Source: Candidatus Magasanikbacteria bacterium RIFCSPHIGHO2_01_FULL_41_23 | GTDB lineage: Bacteria; Patescibacteriota; Patescibacteriia; Magasanikbacterales; UBA922 | Reading direction: 5' to 3' | DNA length: 64,000 bases | Assembly: GCA_001782805.1 (NCBI GenBank) | Contig: MFPT01000008.1 | Location: 13,162 to 77,161, forward strand | Shown here: positions 33,772-44,325 of the stretch, piece after piece | Layout: the number at the start of each line of letters is the position of its first letter | Numbering within the stretch: position 1 is the stretch's first letter | Notes under the pieces: generated by a model | The model's database searches: none | What the model saw: only the letters and a program-made list of their open reading frames with translations | What the model was told of the DNA's origin: nothing | Program-made: the position numbers and the translations under genes

Positions 33772-35826
33772 ATGAAAAAAAATTATCCGCGCGCGTTGTG
33801 GTGGTTGACAGTGGCAACATTTTTAGTACCACTCATTGTATTGCCGTCATACTTTATTTTTCCGTTTATAGTTCCAAAGGTGTTGGTGTTTAGAACATTG
33901 GTTTTGTGTCAATTGGGAGTATTTTTGCTATGGTATTTTTCTAAACAGACAACGGTTCGGATAAGTCGAACACCGATTTCAATAGCGGTTTTATTTTTTT
34001 TCGCCAGTTTTACCTTATCCACTTTTTTTGGGACAGATTGGTATCATAGTTTTTGGGATAATCACGAACGCATGTTAGGTTTGTTTACGATTGCGCACTA
34101 TGTACTGTATTACTTTATAATTACCACGACTTTCAAAGAAATGGATACGTGGCGTCGGTTATTATTATATTTTGTCATGGCAGCCAGTGTTGTGTTGGCA
34201 ATAGCGTTATGGCAAAAAATTCAACCAAACTTTTTATTGAATAATAATAATGGTCGTACTTCGGCTACGTTGGGTAATGCCATCTATTTGGGAGGATATT
34301 GTGTTTGGCTTTTTTTTGTCAGTTGTTATCTGGCAGTTACGGATACATTGGTGTGGCGACGTTGGTTACTGGGTTGTCTCGCTGTTTTGGCGATTTTGGG
34401 AATTATTGCGAGCGGAACACGCGGTTCAGTCCTTGGATTGGTAGTAGGTTTGGTCATCTTGTTTATCGTCTATTTTTGTATTCTCCCAAAAGAAAAACAG
34501 CGCGAGCGACGTATTATTGGGGTTGGGGGAGCTGTGGCAGTGCTTGGTTTTTTGGTTTTGTTTGCTTTTAGAACCACGTCTCTCGTCGCTCATATTCCGG
34601 CAGTGGGAAGTTTGTTAAATACTAATTTTATCGCCGGCACAGCCAGTACTCGTATCATGGCTTGGAAAATCGCTTGGCAAGCGACGGAAGATCACCCATT
34701 GTTTGGTTGGGGACCAAACAATTTTGTCTATGCTTTTAATAAATATTATAATCCTAGATTTTTGGAACATGGATGGGGAGAAACGTGGTTTGATAACGCG
34801 CATAATATTATTATGAACACTCTGACCACTCAGGGATTTGTGGGACTCTTGGCGTATCTATCATTGTTTGGTGCTACATTTTGGCAATTATTTCGGGCGT
34901 TTAAAAAAAATCATTTGTCAGTTCATTTGGTGGCGCTCAGCTCGGGTTTTTTAGTGGCGCATCTGGTACAAAATATATTTGTCTTTGAAAATATTACGTC
35001 GTATTTGTTTTTCTTTTTTTATCTGGCTTTTATTAATAGTATAACGCATTCGACTGATAAATTAGCCACCAACGAGACAATGTTTCGGTCAGTGTTTGGT
35101 GGTGTGACGAGGGTAGCAATTTGGGTGATGGTGATATTATCAATTTGGGTGACTAATATTAGTCCGGCTCGAGCCAATATGGCCATGATTGATGTTTTTC
35201 GTACGATATATACGCAAGGCGATGTGGTAGCTGCTTATAATGGCGTATTGGCGATTAGTTCGCCTCATCACGATGATAATCGCATGGATATGGCTCGTTT
35301 GATAACTCAATCTGCGTCCGAGTATTTACGGATCGGCAAAAAAGTCGAAGCTCAGCGTTTATTGAATTTGGCAATTTCAGAGTTGGATAAAAATCGGCTT
35401 TTGCATCCCAATGATATTCGCAATCATATTCAAGAAGCGCAATTATTACAAATCACTTTTGATGTGTCTAAAAATCCCGATTATTTGTTTAAAGCGGAAA
35501 GACTTTTGGAAGAAGCGCAGGTTTTTTCTCCGGCACGGCAACAAATTCAGTATGTGTTATCGATTTTGAAGAGTATGCTGGGTAAGCATAATGAAGCGAT
35601 TGCTATTTTACGTAAAAGTGTGGCCGACAGTCCTACAATCCCCGAAGGATGGTGGCGATTAGCATATATTCTGCAAAATGCCAAAAAAATTGAAGAGGCA
35701 CAAAATGTAGTTCGTGAGGCACGAGCTCAAGGAATATTATTTATCGGAGTGGGTGAAAACGTTGTTAACGAGATTTTGCCATTACCGGTTTCACCGACCA
35801 GTACGACCGGAACTAAAACTAAATAG
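33772..35826 (+). CDS. O-antigen ligase-like (Wzy_C) oligosaccharyltransferase with C-terminal TPRs
   Basis: TLGN, SGTRG, PLFGWGPNNF, DNAHN, multiple TM segments. Confidence 0.85.
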   Translation: MKKNYPRALWWLTVATFLVPLIVLPSYFIFPFIVPKVLVFRTLVLCQLGVFLLWYFSKQTTVRISRTPISIAVLFFFASFTLSTFFGTDWYHSFWDNHERMLGLFTIAHYVLYYFIITTTFKEMDTWRRLLLYFVMAASVVLAIALWQKIQPNFLLNNNNGRTSATLGNAIYLGGYCVWLFFVSCYLAVTDTLVWRRWLLGCLAVLAILGIIASGTRGSVLGLVVGLVILFIVYFCILPKEKQRERRIIGVGGAVAVLGFLVLFAFRTTSLVAHIPAVGSLLNTNFIAGTASTRIMAWKIAWQATEDHPLFGWGPNNFVYAFNKYYNPRFLEHGWGETWFDNAHNIIMNTLTTQGFVGLLAYLSLFGATFWQLFRAFKKNHLSVHLVALSSGFLVAHLVQNIFVFENITSYLFFFFYLAFINSITHSTDKLATNETMFRSVFGGVTRVAIWVMVILSIWVTNISPARANMAMIDVFRTIYTQGDVVAAYNGVLAISSPHHDDNRMDMARLITQSASEYLRIGKKVEAQRLLNLAISELDKNRLLHPNDIRNHIQEAQLLQITFDVSKNPDYLFKAERLLEEAQVFSPARQQIQYVLSILKSMLGKHNEAIAILRKSVADSPTIPEGWWRLAYILQNAKKIEEAQNVVREARAQGILFIGVGENVVNEILPLPVSPTSTTGTKTK

Positions 35827-37017
35827 TTTGTTGTATAAAACAGTAGTTTTCGAAATCATTGGCAATAGTGAGTTTGAAAAAGAATTAATCAATATGATTG
35901 ATTTTTTGTCCGAGAGGATGCGGTTAATATTGTCGGTAATAACATTGGCGAGTGTTGTGGCATTATTAGGTTCTGTTAGCTCAAGTTGTGTATAGTGGTT
36001 AGTTAGGCTTGGTAAACCGCCAACTCTGGTCGCGACTATAGGGAGATCCGCGGCCATTGCTTCCAGAATAGTGTATGGCAGGCCTTCTTTGCGCGAAGGC
36101 AAAACAAACAAATCAAATGCCGGCAAGAGTTCGGCTGCGTTGTCGTAATTGCCGAGTAAGTGTACATTGTTACTTTTTTGGGCAGTGATTAAATTTCGCA
36201 AATTGGTTTCTTCATGCCCGGAACCAATAATAAAAAAATGCACGGTTGGCTTGTCCCGAGCAGCTTGTTCCGAGCGGAGTCGAGAGAATTCGAGAGAATT
36301 TTTTTCCATCATTATTTTCGCCGCGGCAATTAAAATATCCAGGCCTTTATTTTTATACAAATTCGCAATCGTGCCAATTAAAAAATCATCATTATTTTTT
36401 AAACCGGCCAACGTTAAAATTTTTTCTCGTGCTTCTTTTTTTGGCAAAAACTGTGGCGGAGCAATCCCAATGGGAATAACAGTTAATTTTTCCGTAGGGA
36501 TATGCAGAATTTTTTCCGCGTCATTTTTTTCTTGGGGCGATAAAACAATGATCGCGTCTTTTAAAAGCGCTGTCCATTTTTCCAAATAAAGATACAGTTT
36601 TTTTATAAACCAACTTCGTGATTCGTGAAATACCCAGCCATGGACTGTATAAATAATTTTCGGTTTATTTTTAAGACCAATTCCTGCGAGGGATCCGAAA
36701 ATTCCCGCTTTTGAGCTATTCAGATGAACAATTGACGGCTGTTGTTTTTTATACAGTAGTCGCAGTTCAAAAATTGCCAAAATATCATGATAGGGATTAA
36801 TAGCTCTGCGCAAATGCTGTAACTGGAAAATTTTGGAGGGATTATTTTTTAGTTTATTTTGCAAATCTTGTGCAGTATTTGGCTCGCCAACAGCCACTGA
36901 AACAGAAAAGTCTTGATTTATTTTGGACGATAAATCAAAAACATAGCGCTGCGCTCCCCCCCAAGTCCCTTGGGTAATTACATAAAGAATCTTTTGTTTT
37001 TCTGATTGACTTTTCAT
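35791..37017 (-). CDS. Glycosyltransferase family 4
   Basis: GGAQRY, HLNSSKAG, YTVHGW, PSRKEGLPYTILEAM. Confidence 0.93.
   Translation of the reverse strand: MKSQSEKQKILYVITQGTWGGAQRYVFDLSSKINQDFSVSVAVGEPNTAQDLQNKLKNNPSKIFQLQHLRRAINPYHDILAIFELRLLYKKQQPSIVHLNSSKAGIFGSLAGIGLKNKPKIIYTVHGWVFHESRSWFIKKLYLYLEKWTALLKDAIIVLSPQEKNDAEKILHIPTEKLTVIPIGIAPPQFLPKKEAREKILTLAGLKNNDDFLIGTIANLYKNKGLDILIAAAKIMMEKNSLEFSRLRSEQAARDKPTVHFFIIGSGHEETNLRNLITAQKSNNVHLLGNYDNAAELLPAFDLFVLPSRKEGLPYTILEAMAADLPIVATRVGGLPSLTNHYTQLELTEPNNATTLANVITDNINRILSDKKSIILINSFSNSLLPMISKTTVLYNKLFSFSSGRTGR
36250..36298 (-). repeat. Two nested REP-like TCGA...GCTC elements in frame within GT4
   Basis: TCTCTCGAA-TTCTCTCGACTCCGCTCGGAACAAG-CTGCTCGGGACAAG encoding SLEFSRLRSEQAARDK. 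Confidence 0.75.
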
Positions 37018-37070
37018 AGAGCCTATAGCATACTATATTCTGTAATAATTTTCAATATTTTGGCTAGAAT

Positions 37071-38603
37071 ATGAGGATATTAGTAACGGGTGGCGCTGGT
37101 TTTATCGGATCGCACTTGTGTGGTCGTCTTCTTCGTGAAGGCCATAATGTTATTTGTATTGATAGTTTTTATAGTGGTAAAAAAGAAAACGTTGCTGAAT
37201 ATTTAGCCAATCCAAAATTTACATTAATTAAACATGATATCCGCCAACCGTTAAATGAAATCAAAAAATTGGATAGAATTTATAATTTGGCGTGCCCCGC
37301 TTCACCGACGCAATATCAATTTGATCCGATTTTAACGATTGAAACAGCGATTATCGGTACGCAAAATATGTTGAAACTGGCTCGTAAAACCGGTGCCAGA
37401 ATGTTACAAGCCTCAACATCTGAAGTGTATGGCGACCCGTTGGAACATCCGCAAAAAGAATCATATTGGGGAAATGTTGATCCGCTTGGTAAGCGTTCCT
37501 GTTATGATGAAGGCAAACGAGCCGGGGAAACACTATGCAAAGATTACGCGATTGAATATGGTGTGGATGTCCGTTTAATCCGGATTTTTAATACGTATGG
37601 TCCGCGCATGATGTTCAATGATGGCCGAGTATTATCAAATTTTATTGTGCAAGCATTGCTTGGCGAAGATATTACCGTGCATGGTGATGGAACGCAAACT
37701 AGAAGTTTCTGTTTTGTAGAAGATTTAATGGAAGGTATGATTCGTCGGTTAGAACACTCGGCTGTTGATTGGTCGCCGATTAATCTGGGAAATCCTGATG
37801 AACGAAGTATTGGAGATTTGGCGCGTTTGGTCAAAGAAACTACGGGATCAAACAGTGAAATTGTTTTTCAATCTTTTTCGCAGATTCCCAATCGTGAAGG
37901 TGATCCTAAACAACGCTGTCCCGATATTACTCGGGCGAAAACAGTATTAATTTGGGAACCAAAAGTTGGTTTTGCACAAGGGTTGGCCACAACGATCGCG
38001 GATTTTAAAAAACGATTGGAGAACAAACCACGTCTATTAATTTTTCTTGGCGTTGACAAAAATCGTTCAGAGATAGCCAGAGAAATTTTGACAAGCGTAG
38101 TTACGACTTCTCCTGGTTGGGAATTTGATGTAGTGACCAATGATAGTTCGCTTAAAGAAATGCTTGGGTTGACTGTTCATCAGGTTTTTAGCACACAGAA
38201 TCCAATTTTGTTCGCGTTTTCATCAGCAAGATTGGCCAAACAATTGCAAAAAAAAAATAATTATCAAGTTGGTTGGGCGATTGCAGTGGGCAAAGCGCAG
38301 ATTGGCGCAGCACTTTTTTCGTGGCGCATGCGTGGTCGCGTCCCTTTACTTTTGACTGTTTTGGAAAGTGAAGTTAGTGAAACAATGCTTAATCGCGGAA
38401 AATCATTATCTCATTGGTATAATATTTTGATGCGATATGTATATCGTTGGCAAGTCGTTGCGCCATTAACTACTGAACAGCAACGTTGGCTGGAAGATGA
38501 ACGACATGTCTCGGCAATCAATTACACAGGCGACACTGATGCTGTGGCGCAAAATGTAAAACAACTTTTTCAAGAATTAGAAATTTTAGCGACGCGTTTA
38601 TAA
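37071..38603 (+). CDS. UDP-glucuronate decarboxylase-like SDR fused to a ~190-aa GT4 N-terminal-like domain
   Basis: [43 protein letters not shown]. Confidence 0.9.
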   Translation: MRILVTGGAGFIGSHLCGRLLREGHNVICIDSFYSGKKENVAEYLANPKFTLIKHDIRQPLNEIKKLDRIYNLACPASPTQYQFDPILTIETAIIGTQNMLKLARKTGARMLQASTSEVYGDPLEHPQKESYWGNVDPLGKRSCYDEGKRAGETLCKDYAIEYGVDVRLIRIFNTYGPRMMFNDGRVLSNFIVQALLGEDITVHGDGTQTRSFCFVEDLMEGMIRRLEHSAVDWSPINLGNPDERSIGDLARLVKETTGSNSEIVFQSFSQIPNREGDPKQRCPDITRAKTVLIWEPKVGFAQGLATTIADFKKRLENKPRLLIFLGVDKNRSEIAREILTSVVTTSPGWEFDVVTNDSSLKEMLGLTVHQVFSTQNPILFAFSSARLAKQLQKKNNYQVGWAIAVGKAQIGAALFSWRMRGRVPLLLTVLESEVSETMLNRGKSLSHWYNILMRYVYRWQVVAPLTTEQQRWLEDERHVSAINYTGDTDAVAQNVKQLFQELEILATRL

Positions 38604-38605
38604 GT

Positions 38606-39754
38606 ATGTCCAAACGCCGAATTCTTATTTTTTCCACGGCGTACGCGCCTTTCGTGGGAGGCGCGGAAATTGCGGTCAGAGAAATTACTGACCGGTTGTC
38701 TAACGAGTTTGACTTTGTTTTAGTTACCGCGCGGATTAATCAGGCATTGTCCGCAAGAGAAAAAATTGGAGTGGTTGAAGTGATTCGTGTGGGCAATGGC
38801 ACTTGGTTTGATAAAATTAATTTGTGGTGGAATGGTTGGAAAGTCGCAGAAGAGAATGGCCAGTTTGATGTCGTGTGGGGAATCATGGCCAGTTACGGTG
38901 GACTGGCCGCGCTTCGATATAAAACCCTTCGACTTCGCTCACTTCGTGGTGACTCGGTGGATCCAGTACAAGAAAAAATTCCCTTTTTATTGACTTTGCA
39001 AGAAGGGGATAGCTTGTCGCGTATTTATTCTCGCGCATTTTTTATTTGGCCGTGGTTTAAACAAATTTTTAGGAAAGCGGATAGAATCCAAGCAATTAGT
39101 AATTATTTGGCAGTTTGGGCCAAAAAAATGGGAGCGACATGTTTGGTTGATGTAGTGCCAAACGGCGTTGCTTTAGCGGATGAGAAAATTTTTTTGCCAG
39201 TGAAAAAATTTAATTCCGGTAAAAAATTAATTTTGTCAGTGTCTCGATTGGTTGAAAAAAATGGTTTGGAATATTTGATTCGTGCTATGATTGATTTGCC
39301 AGAGAGTTATATTTTGGAAATTGTCGGTGAAGGAAAATTGCGGCCTAGATTAGAAAAAATGATTAAGGATTTAGAATTGTCAGAGCGAGTAATTTTAAGA
39401 GGGGAAGTTCCCTATCAAGAAGTCGGTGATTATTATGCGCGTGCTGATGTATTTGTTCGGCCATCGCTATCCGAAGGACTGGGAAATGTTTTTTTGGAAG
39501 CCATGCAAAAAAATGTTCCGGTGATTGCGACACCAGTTGGCGGAATTGTGGATTTTTTGGAAGAAGGCAAAACCGGTTGGTTTTGTCAGGCTCGAGATTC
39601 CCGTGACATTGCGAAGAAAATTGAGTATGTGTTGGCTGAAAAAAATGCGGAAGAAGTGGAACAAGTTAAAGCGCGGGCGAAACAAATGATCAGCGAGAAA
39701 TTTACATGGGAAATAGTCGCCAAACAAATGAAACATATTTTTGATAATATATGA
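38606..39754 (+). CDS. Glycosyltransferase family 4
   Basis: GGAE, RLVEKNG, RPSLSEGLGNVFLEAM. Confidence 0.93.
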   Translation: MSKRRILIFSTAYAPFVGGAEIAVREITDRLSNEFDFVLVTARINQALSAREKIGVVEVIRVGNGTWFDKINLWWNGWKVAEENGQFDVVWGIMASYGGLAALRYKTLRLRSLRGDSVDPVQEKIPFLLTLQEGDSLSRIYSRAFFIWPWFKQIFRKADRIQAISNYLAVWAKKMGATCLVDVVPNGVALADEKIFLPVKKFNSGKKLILSVSRLVEKNGLEYLIRAMIDLPESYILEIVGEGKLRPRLEKMIKDLELSERVILRGEVPYQEVGDYYARADVFVRPSLSEGLGNVFLEAMQKNVPVIATPVGGIVDFLEEGKTGWFCQARDSRDIAKKIEYVLAEKNAEEVEQVKARAKQMISEKFTWEIVAKQMKHIFDNI

Positions 39755-40902
39755 ATATTTTAATCGCGGCAGATATTTTTCCGCCTTTATCTGGTGGTCC
39801 GGCTACTTACGTGGTGGGTCTGGCAAACGCGTTAACTGCAAAAAATGTTGATGTAAAAATCATATCTCTCACACCGCAATCCGACATTACCAAAGTACAT
39901 TGTCCGATTTTTGTGGTCAGACAAAAAAATAAAATTCTGCGGTATTTGGAATATATTGGTTTACTGTTAAAGCATAGTCGTGAAGCTGATTGTATCTATG
40001 CCATGGGGCCGGTGAACGCCGGTTTGCCCGCTCTCGTTGTCTCAATATTGTTACGCAAAAAATTAATTGTTAAAGTTGTTGGAGATTATGCGTGGGAACA
40101 GGGAACGCAACGTTTTGGCGTTACTGATTTGATGGATGATTTCCAAACTAAAAAATATACTGGCGCAGTTGGTTGGTTGCAACGATTGGAACGTTTGGTT
40201 GTTCGACAGGCCGATCAGGTAATTGTTCCCAGCAATTATTTGCGGAAAATTGTTTTAGGTTGGGGCGCGCACGAGGAAAAAATATCGGTAATTTATAACG
40301 CGATTTCTTTATCAGCGTCTAATAATGGGGAGAATGTTTTGGTTAAACCAAATATTGAACAATGGATTGTGACTGTCGCGCGATTAACGCCGTGGAAAGG
40401 CATAAAAGAAATTATTGAAGTCTTGGTTGAATTAAAATCCCAATTTCCGAATGCGCGCTATAAAGTTGTGGGCGATGGGCCGGATTTGGATCGATTAAAA
40501 AAAACAATTCAAGATTGTCGGGCGGAAAATTATGTGGAATTATTGGGAAATCTCTCACATAAATTGGCTTTGGACTACATGAAATTATCTGACCTGGTAA
40601 TTTTAAATAGCGGCTATGAAGGCCTATCTCATGTTTTGGTCGAAGCTCTTAGTTTGGATTGTCGTGTTCTTGTCAGTGATATTGGTGGTAATCCGGAAGT
40701 GGTTATTCCTGGTGAGACAGGTGATGTGTTTCCGTATAATAATAAAGAAATTATTAAAGAAAAAATTGTTTTGGCATTAAACGGGAGTATGCCTAAACCA
40801 TTTAGTGCAAAAATTTCTCGCGCGGATTGGTTTAAAAAATTTACATTTGAGACAATGGTCAGTGAAACTAGAACTTTGTTGGAAAAAATATGCGCACATT
40901 AA
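39751..40902 (+). CDS. Glycosyltransferase family 4
   Basis: GGPATY, RLTPWKG, NSGYEGLSHVLVEA. Confidence 0.92.
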   Translation: MNILIAADIFPPLSGGPATYVVGLANALTAKNVDVKIISLTPQSDITKVHCPIFVVRQKNKILRYLEYIGLLLKHSREADCIYAMGPVNAGLPALVVSILLRKKLIVKVVGDYAWEQGTQRFGVTDLMDDFQTKKYTGAVGWLQRLERLVVRQADQVIVPSNYLRKIVLGWGAHEEKISVIYNAISLSASNNGENVLVKPNIEQWIVTVARLTPWKGIKEIIEVLVELKSQFPNARYKVVGDGPDLDRLKKTIQDCRAENYVELLGNLSHKLALDYMKLSDLVILNSGYEGLSHVLVEALSLDCRVLVSDIGGNPEVVIPGETGDVFPYNNKEIIKEKIVLALNGSMPKPFSAKISRADWFKKFTFETMVSETRTLLEKICAH

Positions 40903-41885
40903 TGCTTAGCCTTGACCAAGAAATTTTGAATCCCGATTCGCGCGTTGCCGCGCGGATGCGTTCGTATGGACAAAATAAAACCATTGATATTATTATTCCA
41001 TCGGTCAAAAATAATACCGTAAATTTGTCTCCAACGGTGACTGCGTATGGTAGTGGAGGAACGAAATGGCAACAATTTTTTTATCTTTTGAAGCGTGGTA
41101 GTGGATTATTACAATTAAATAATTATGAAATAATTACTGCCCAAGATCCTTTTTTGGTTGGTTTTGCGGGTATGCTGTTGAAGCAAAAAAAACAAATTTT
41201 TGAAATTCAAATTCACGGTGATTTTTTTGGCGGATCATATTATCGTAACAGTGGCTTGAAAAATTGGCTTTATTATTATCTGGCGCGATGGCTGGTGATT
41301 CCTTATGCCGATCAAATTCGAGTGGTGGGAGAACGAGTTAAACAGAGTATAATAAAATTAGGAATTCGAGAAGAAAAAATCAGTGTTCAGCCAATCGTCG
41401 TGCCGGTTAAAGAAATTCAAGAGTACATTCCCAAACAAAATGCGCATGATTTGTTTCCCGAATTTAATAAAATTTTTCTATGCCTTGGGCGACTGGATAC
41501 CGTAAAAAATGTAGGGTGGTTGATTGCTGTTTTTAATGATTATGTGCATAATAATCATGTTCCGGTTTTACTCCTCATTGCCGGCGATGGATCAGAGCGA
41601 AATCAGTTGGAAATACAGGTTAAAAATTTGGACGCAAAAAATTACATTCGTTTTTTGGGCGCGCTGAAAAATCCTTTGGATTATTTAAAAACAGTTGATT
41701 GTTTGTTGTTTCCCAGTTTGTCCGAAGGTTATGGATTAGTAGCTATGGAAGCGGCCGCGGCCGGAACCAAAATTATAATGAATGACGTAGGTGTGGCGAA
41801 TTATGAATTAAAAGCCAGTGAACGAGTAACAATTGTGGCGGTGAATGATTGGGTAGAATTTATGACTGCCTTAAAAAACATCTAG
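40890..41885 (+). CDS. Glycosyltransferase family 4
   Basis: GRLDTVKN, PSLSEGYGLVAMEA. Confidence 0.9.
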   Translation: MRTLMLSLDQEILNPDSRVAARMRSYGQNKTIDIIIPSVKNNTVNLSPTVTAYGSGGTKWQQFFYLLKRGSGLLQLNNYEIITAQDPFLVGFAGMLLKQKKQIFEIQIHGDFFGGSYYRNSGLKNWLYYYLARWLVIPYADQIRVVGERVKQSIIKLGIREEKISVQPIVVPVKEIQEYIPKQNAHDLFPEFNKIFLCLGRLDTVKNVGWLIAVFNDYVHNNHVPVLLLIAGDGSERNQLEIQVKNLDAKNYIRFLGALKNPLDYLKTVDCLLFPSLSEGYGLVAMEAAAAGTKIIMNDVGVANYELKASERVTIVAVNDWVEFMTALKNI

Positions 41886-41906
41886 GTATTATGAAAAACA
41901 TTTAAT

Positions 41907-42770
41907 ATGCCGCATTTTTCTGCCGTCATCGTATCACTTCGACCAAAACAGTGGCTCAAAAACAGCTTTGTTTTGGCCGCGGTAATTTTTGTTGGGGCGT
42001 TTAATGATCCAGCAGTAGTGGGAAAAGCGTTAATCGCGGCCGCTATTTTTTGTTTGGCCTCGAGCGCTGTGTATATCGTGAATGATATTCGCGATGCTCC
42101 GGCCGATCGTCTGCATCCGACTAAAAAAAATCGGCCAATTGCGGCTGGCCAAATTTCAATATCTCACGCTTTTTTATTGGCCAGTGTTTTGGGAATCAGT
42201 GCCTTAATATTCGGGTGGTGGTTGCGACCGCAATTTGGCTTGGTTGTTGCTGCCTATATTATTGTGCAGATTTTTTATTCATTGTGGTTAAAGAAAATTG
42301 TCATTATTGATGTGATAACGATCGCTCTTGGTTTTGTAGCGCGCGTCGTGGCCGGTGCCGTGGCAATCAGTGTTTCATTTTCACCGTGGATTATTTTTTG
42401 TACATTTTTCTTGACATTATATTTGGCGATAACTAAACGACGGGAAGAATTGATTGTGGTAAATGGAACAGAGACGCGGACAGTTTTAGCTGATTATACG
42501 TCCGCGTTTTTGGATCAGATGAATGCGATTATTTTGCCTTTGACATTGGTGACGTATACTTTTTATACATTTGGTTCTCAGCATAGCCAGTGGCTCATGG
42601 TAACAGTGCCCGTGGTACTGTATGGATTGTTTCGGTATCAATATGTGAGCAATCGCACTATTGGTAATCACGATGGTCCGACTGATATTGTCTGGCAGGA
42701 TCGGCCGCTCCAGATAACACTTATTTTGTGGATCATGATCGCGGCTATGATTATTTGGTTTTTTGATTAA
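41907..42770 (+). CDS. UbiA-family polyprenyl-phosphate phosphoribosyltransferase
   Basis: LRPKQWLKN, YIVNDIRD..ADRLHPTKKNRPIAAG, KRREE. Confidence 0.9.
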   Translation: MPHFSAVIVSLRPKQWLKNSFVLAAVIFVGAFNDPAVVGKALIAAAIFCLASSAVYIVNDIRDAPADRLHPTKKNRPIAAGQISISHAFLLASVLGISALIFGWWLRPQFGLVVAAYIIVQIFYSLWLKKIVIIDVITIALGFVARVVAGAVAISVSFSPWIIFCTFFLTLYLAITKRREELIVVNGTETRTVLADYTSAFLDQMNAIILPLTLVTYTFYTFGSQHSQWLMVTVPVVLYGLFRYQYVSNRTIGNHDGPTDIVWQDRPLQITLILWIMIAAMIIWFFD

Positions 42771-43242
42771 TATGTCATTTGCCACTGCGCCAATTTTTGA
42801 TCAATTAGAATTGTCCGAAATTAATCGAACAATTATTTTGGATATTGATGGAACATTGGTGCCGGATGGTGAAGAAGATTGTTCGGAAAAGACACGGGCA
42901 AAAGTAATGAACTTAATGAAAAATAATAACGTGGTCTTGTTTTCCAATTCTAAAAATACTGAACGTGGTAAAAAAATGGCCAATGCTTTGGGAATTTCAT
43001 TTTTGTCCGCGGATAAAAATAAGCCAAATCCGGCGGTAATTATGGCCACTGGTCGACGGGTCGGGGATTGTACTGTGATTGGTGATAAATTTTTGACTGA
43101 TTATTTGTTGGCAGTATTCAGTGGCGCGCGCTTTGTGCCAGTACGAAGAATATATTCGGGACGAGAATCGTTTAAAATAAAAATAATTTATTTGGTTGAT
43201 GATTTTTTTAATTTTTTATCCCGACTGGTCGGAATTGGTTAG
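42763..43242 (+). CDS. HAD phosphatase (YqeG-like, subfamily IIIA)
   Basis: DIDGTL, SN, KP, IGDKFLTD. Confidence 0.85.
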   Translation: MINMSFATAPIFDQLELSEINRTIILDIDGTLVPDGEEDCSEKTRAKVMNLMKNNNVVLFSNSKNTERGKKMANALGISFLSADKNKPNPAVIMATGRRVGDCTVIGDKFLTDYLLAVFSGARFVPVRRIYSGRESFKIKIIYLVDDFFNFLSRLVGIG

Positions 43243-43251
43243 TCAAAAAAT

Positions 43252-44307
43252 ATGTTGGAAAATAATTCTGTCCAATTCTATTTAATTACCGGCGGATCTG
43301 GTTTTTTGGGTATTAATTTGACGCGGTATTTGTTGGTGCAAGGACATCGCGTTCGTACCTTGGATTTGTTGCCTTTTGATTATCCTGAATCCGATCGAGT
43401 GGAGGCGATTATCGGTGATATTCGGGATAAAGAATGTGTTGATACGGCGATGAAAAATATTGACATTGTCGTGCATGCGGCCGCGGCTTTGCCGCTGTAT
43501 TCTGAGGAAGATATTATGACGACTGATGTGAATGGAACCGGAAATATTTTGACCAGCGCATTCACGCACAATGTGCAACGCGTTATTCATATTTCTTCTA
43601 CGGCAGTATATGGAATTCCGGATCATCATCCATTGCTGGAAACCGATAAGCTCGACGGTGTCGGCTCGTACGGCCAAGCCAAAATTTTGGCCGAAGAAGA
43701 ATGTTTGAAATTTCGCGCTAATGGCCAATGCGTTCCGATTATTCGTCCTAAATCTTTTGTGGGGCCTGAGCGTTTGGGAGTATTTGCTTTGTTTTATGAT
43801 TGGGCCAAAGACGGACATAATTTTCCCATGATTGGTAATGGTAAAAATCAATATCAATTGCTGGATGTGGAAGATTTGTGTGTGGCGATTTATTTGTGCG
43901 CGATCAAAGATCGCATCGTAGTGAATGATACTTTTAACATTGGTGCCAAAGAATTTACGACTATGGGAGAGGATTATCAGGCAGTTTTGGATCGCGCGGG
44001 TTTTGGTAAAAAAATTATTGGTTTGCCAGCCGTGCCAGTTATTTTGACTTTGCGTTTGTTGGAAGCTTTGAGATTATCGCCACTATACAAATGGGTATAT
44101 GAAACCGCGCATAAAGATTCCTTTGTTTCTATAGAAAAGGCTGAACAAAAATTGGATTGGCATCCCAGATTTTCCAATAAGCAGGCATTAGTCAAAAATT
44201 ACGAATGGTATTTGGCTAACTTGAAAAGTTTTGCCGGAAAATCCGGTGTTTCGCACCGTGTGCCGTGGAAACAGGGGATACTGGGATTGGTAAAATTATT
44301 CTTTTGA
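43252..44307 (+). CDS. NAD-dependent epimerase/dehydratase
   Basis: TGGSGFLG, SSTAVYG, YGQAK. Confidence 0.9.
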   Translation: MLENNSVQFYLITGGSGFLGINLTRYLLVQGHRVRTLDLLPFDYPESDRVEAIIGDIRDKECVDTAMKNIDIVVHAAAALPLYSEEDIMTTDVNGTGNILTSAFTHNVQRVIHISSTAVYGIPDHHPLLETDKLDGVGSYGQAKILAEEECLKFRANGQCVPIIRPKSFVGPERLGVFALFYDWAKDGHNFPMIGNGKNQYQLLDVEDLCVAIYLCAIKDRIVVNDTFNIGAKEFTTMGEDYQAVLDRAGFGKKIIGLPAVPVILTLRLLEALRLSPLYKWVYETAHKDSFVSIEKAEQKLDWHPRFSNKQALVKNYEWYLANLKSFAGKSGVSHRVPWKQGILGLVKLFF

Positions 44308-44325
44308 AGACATCAAGAAATAAAT

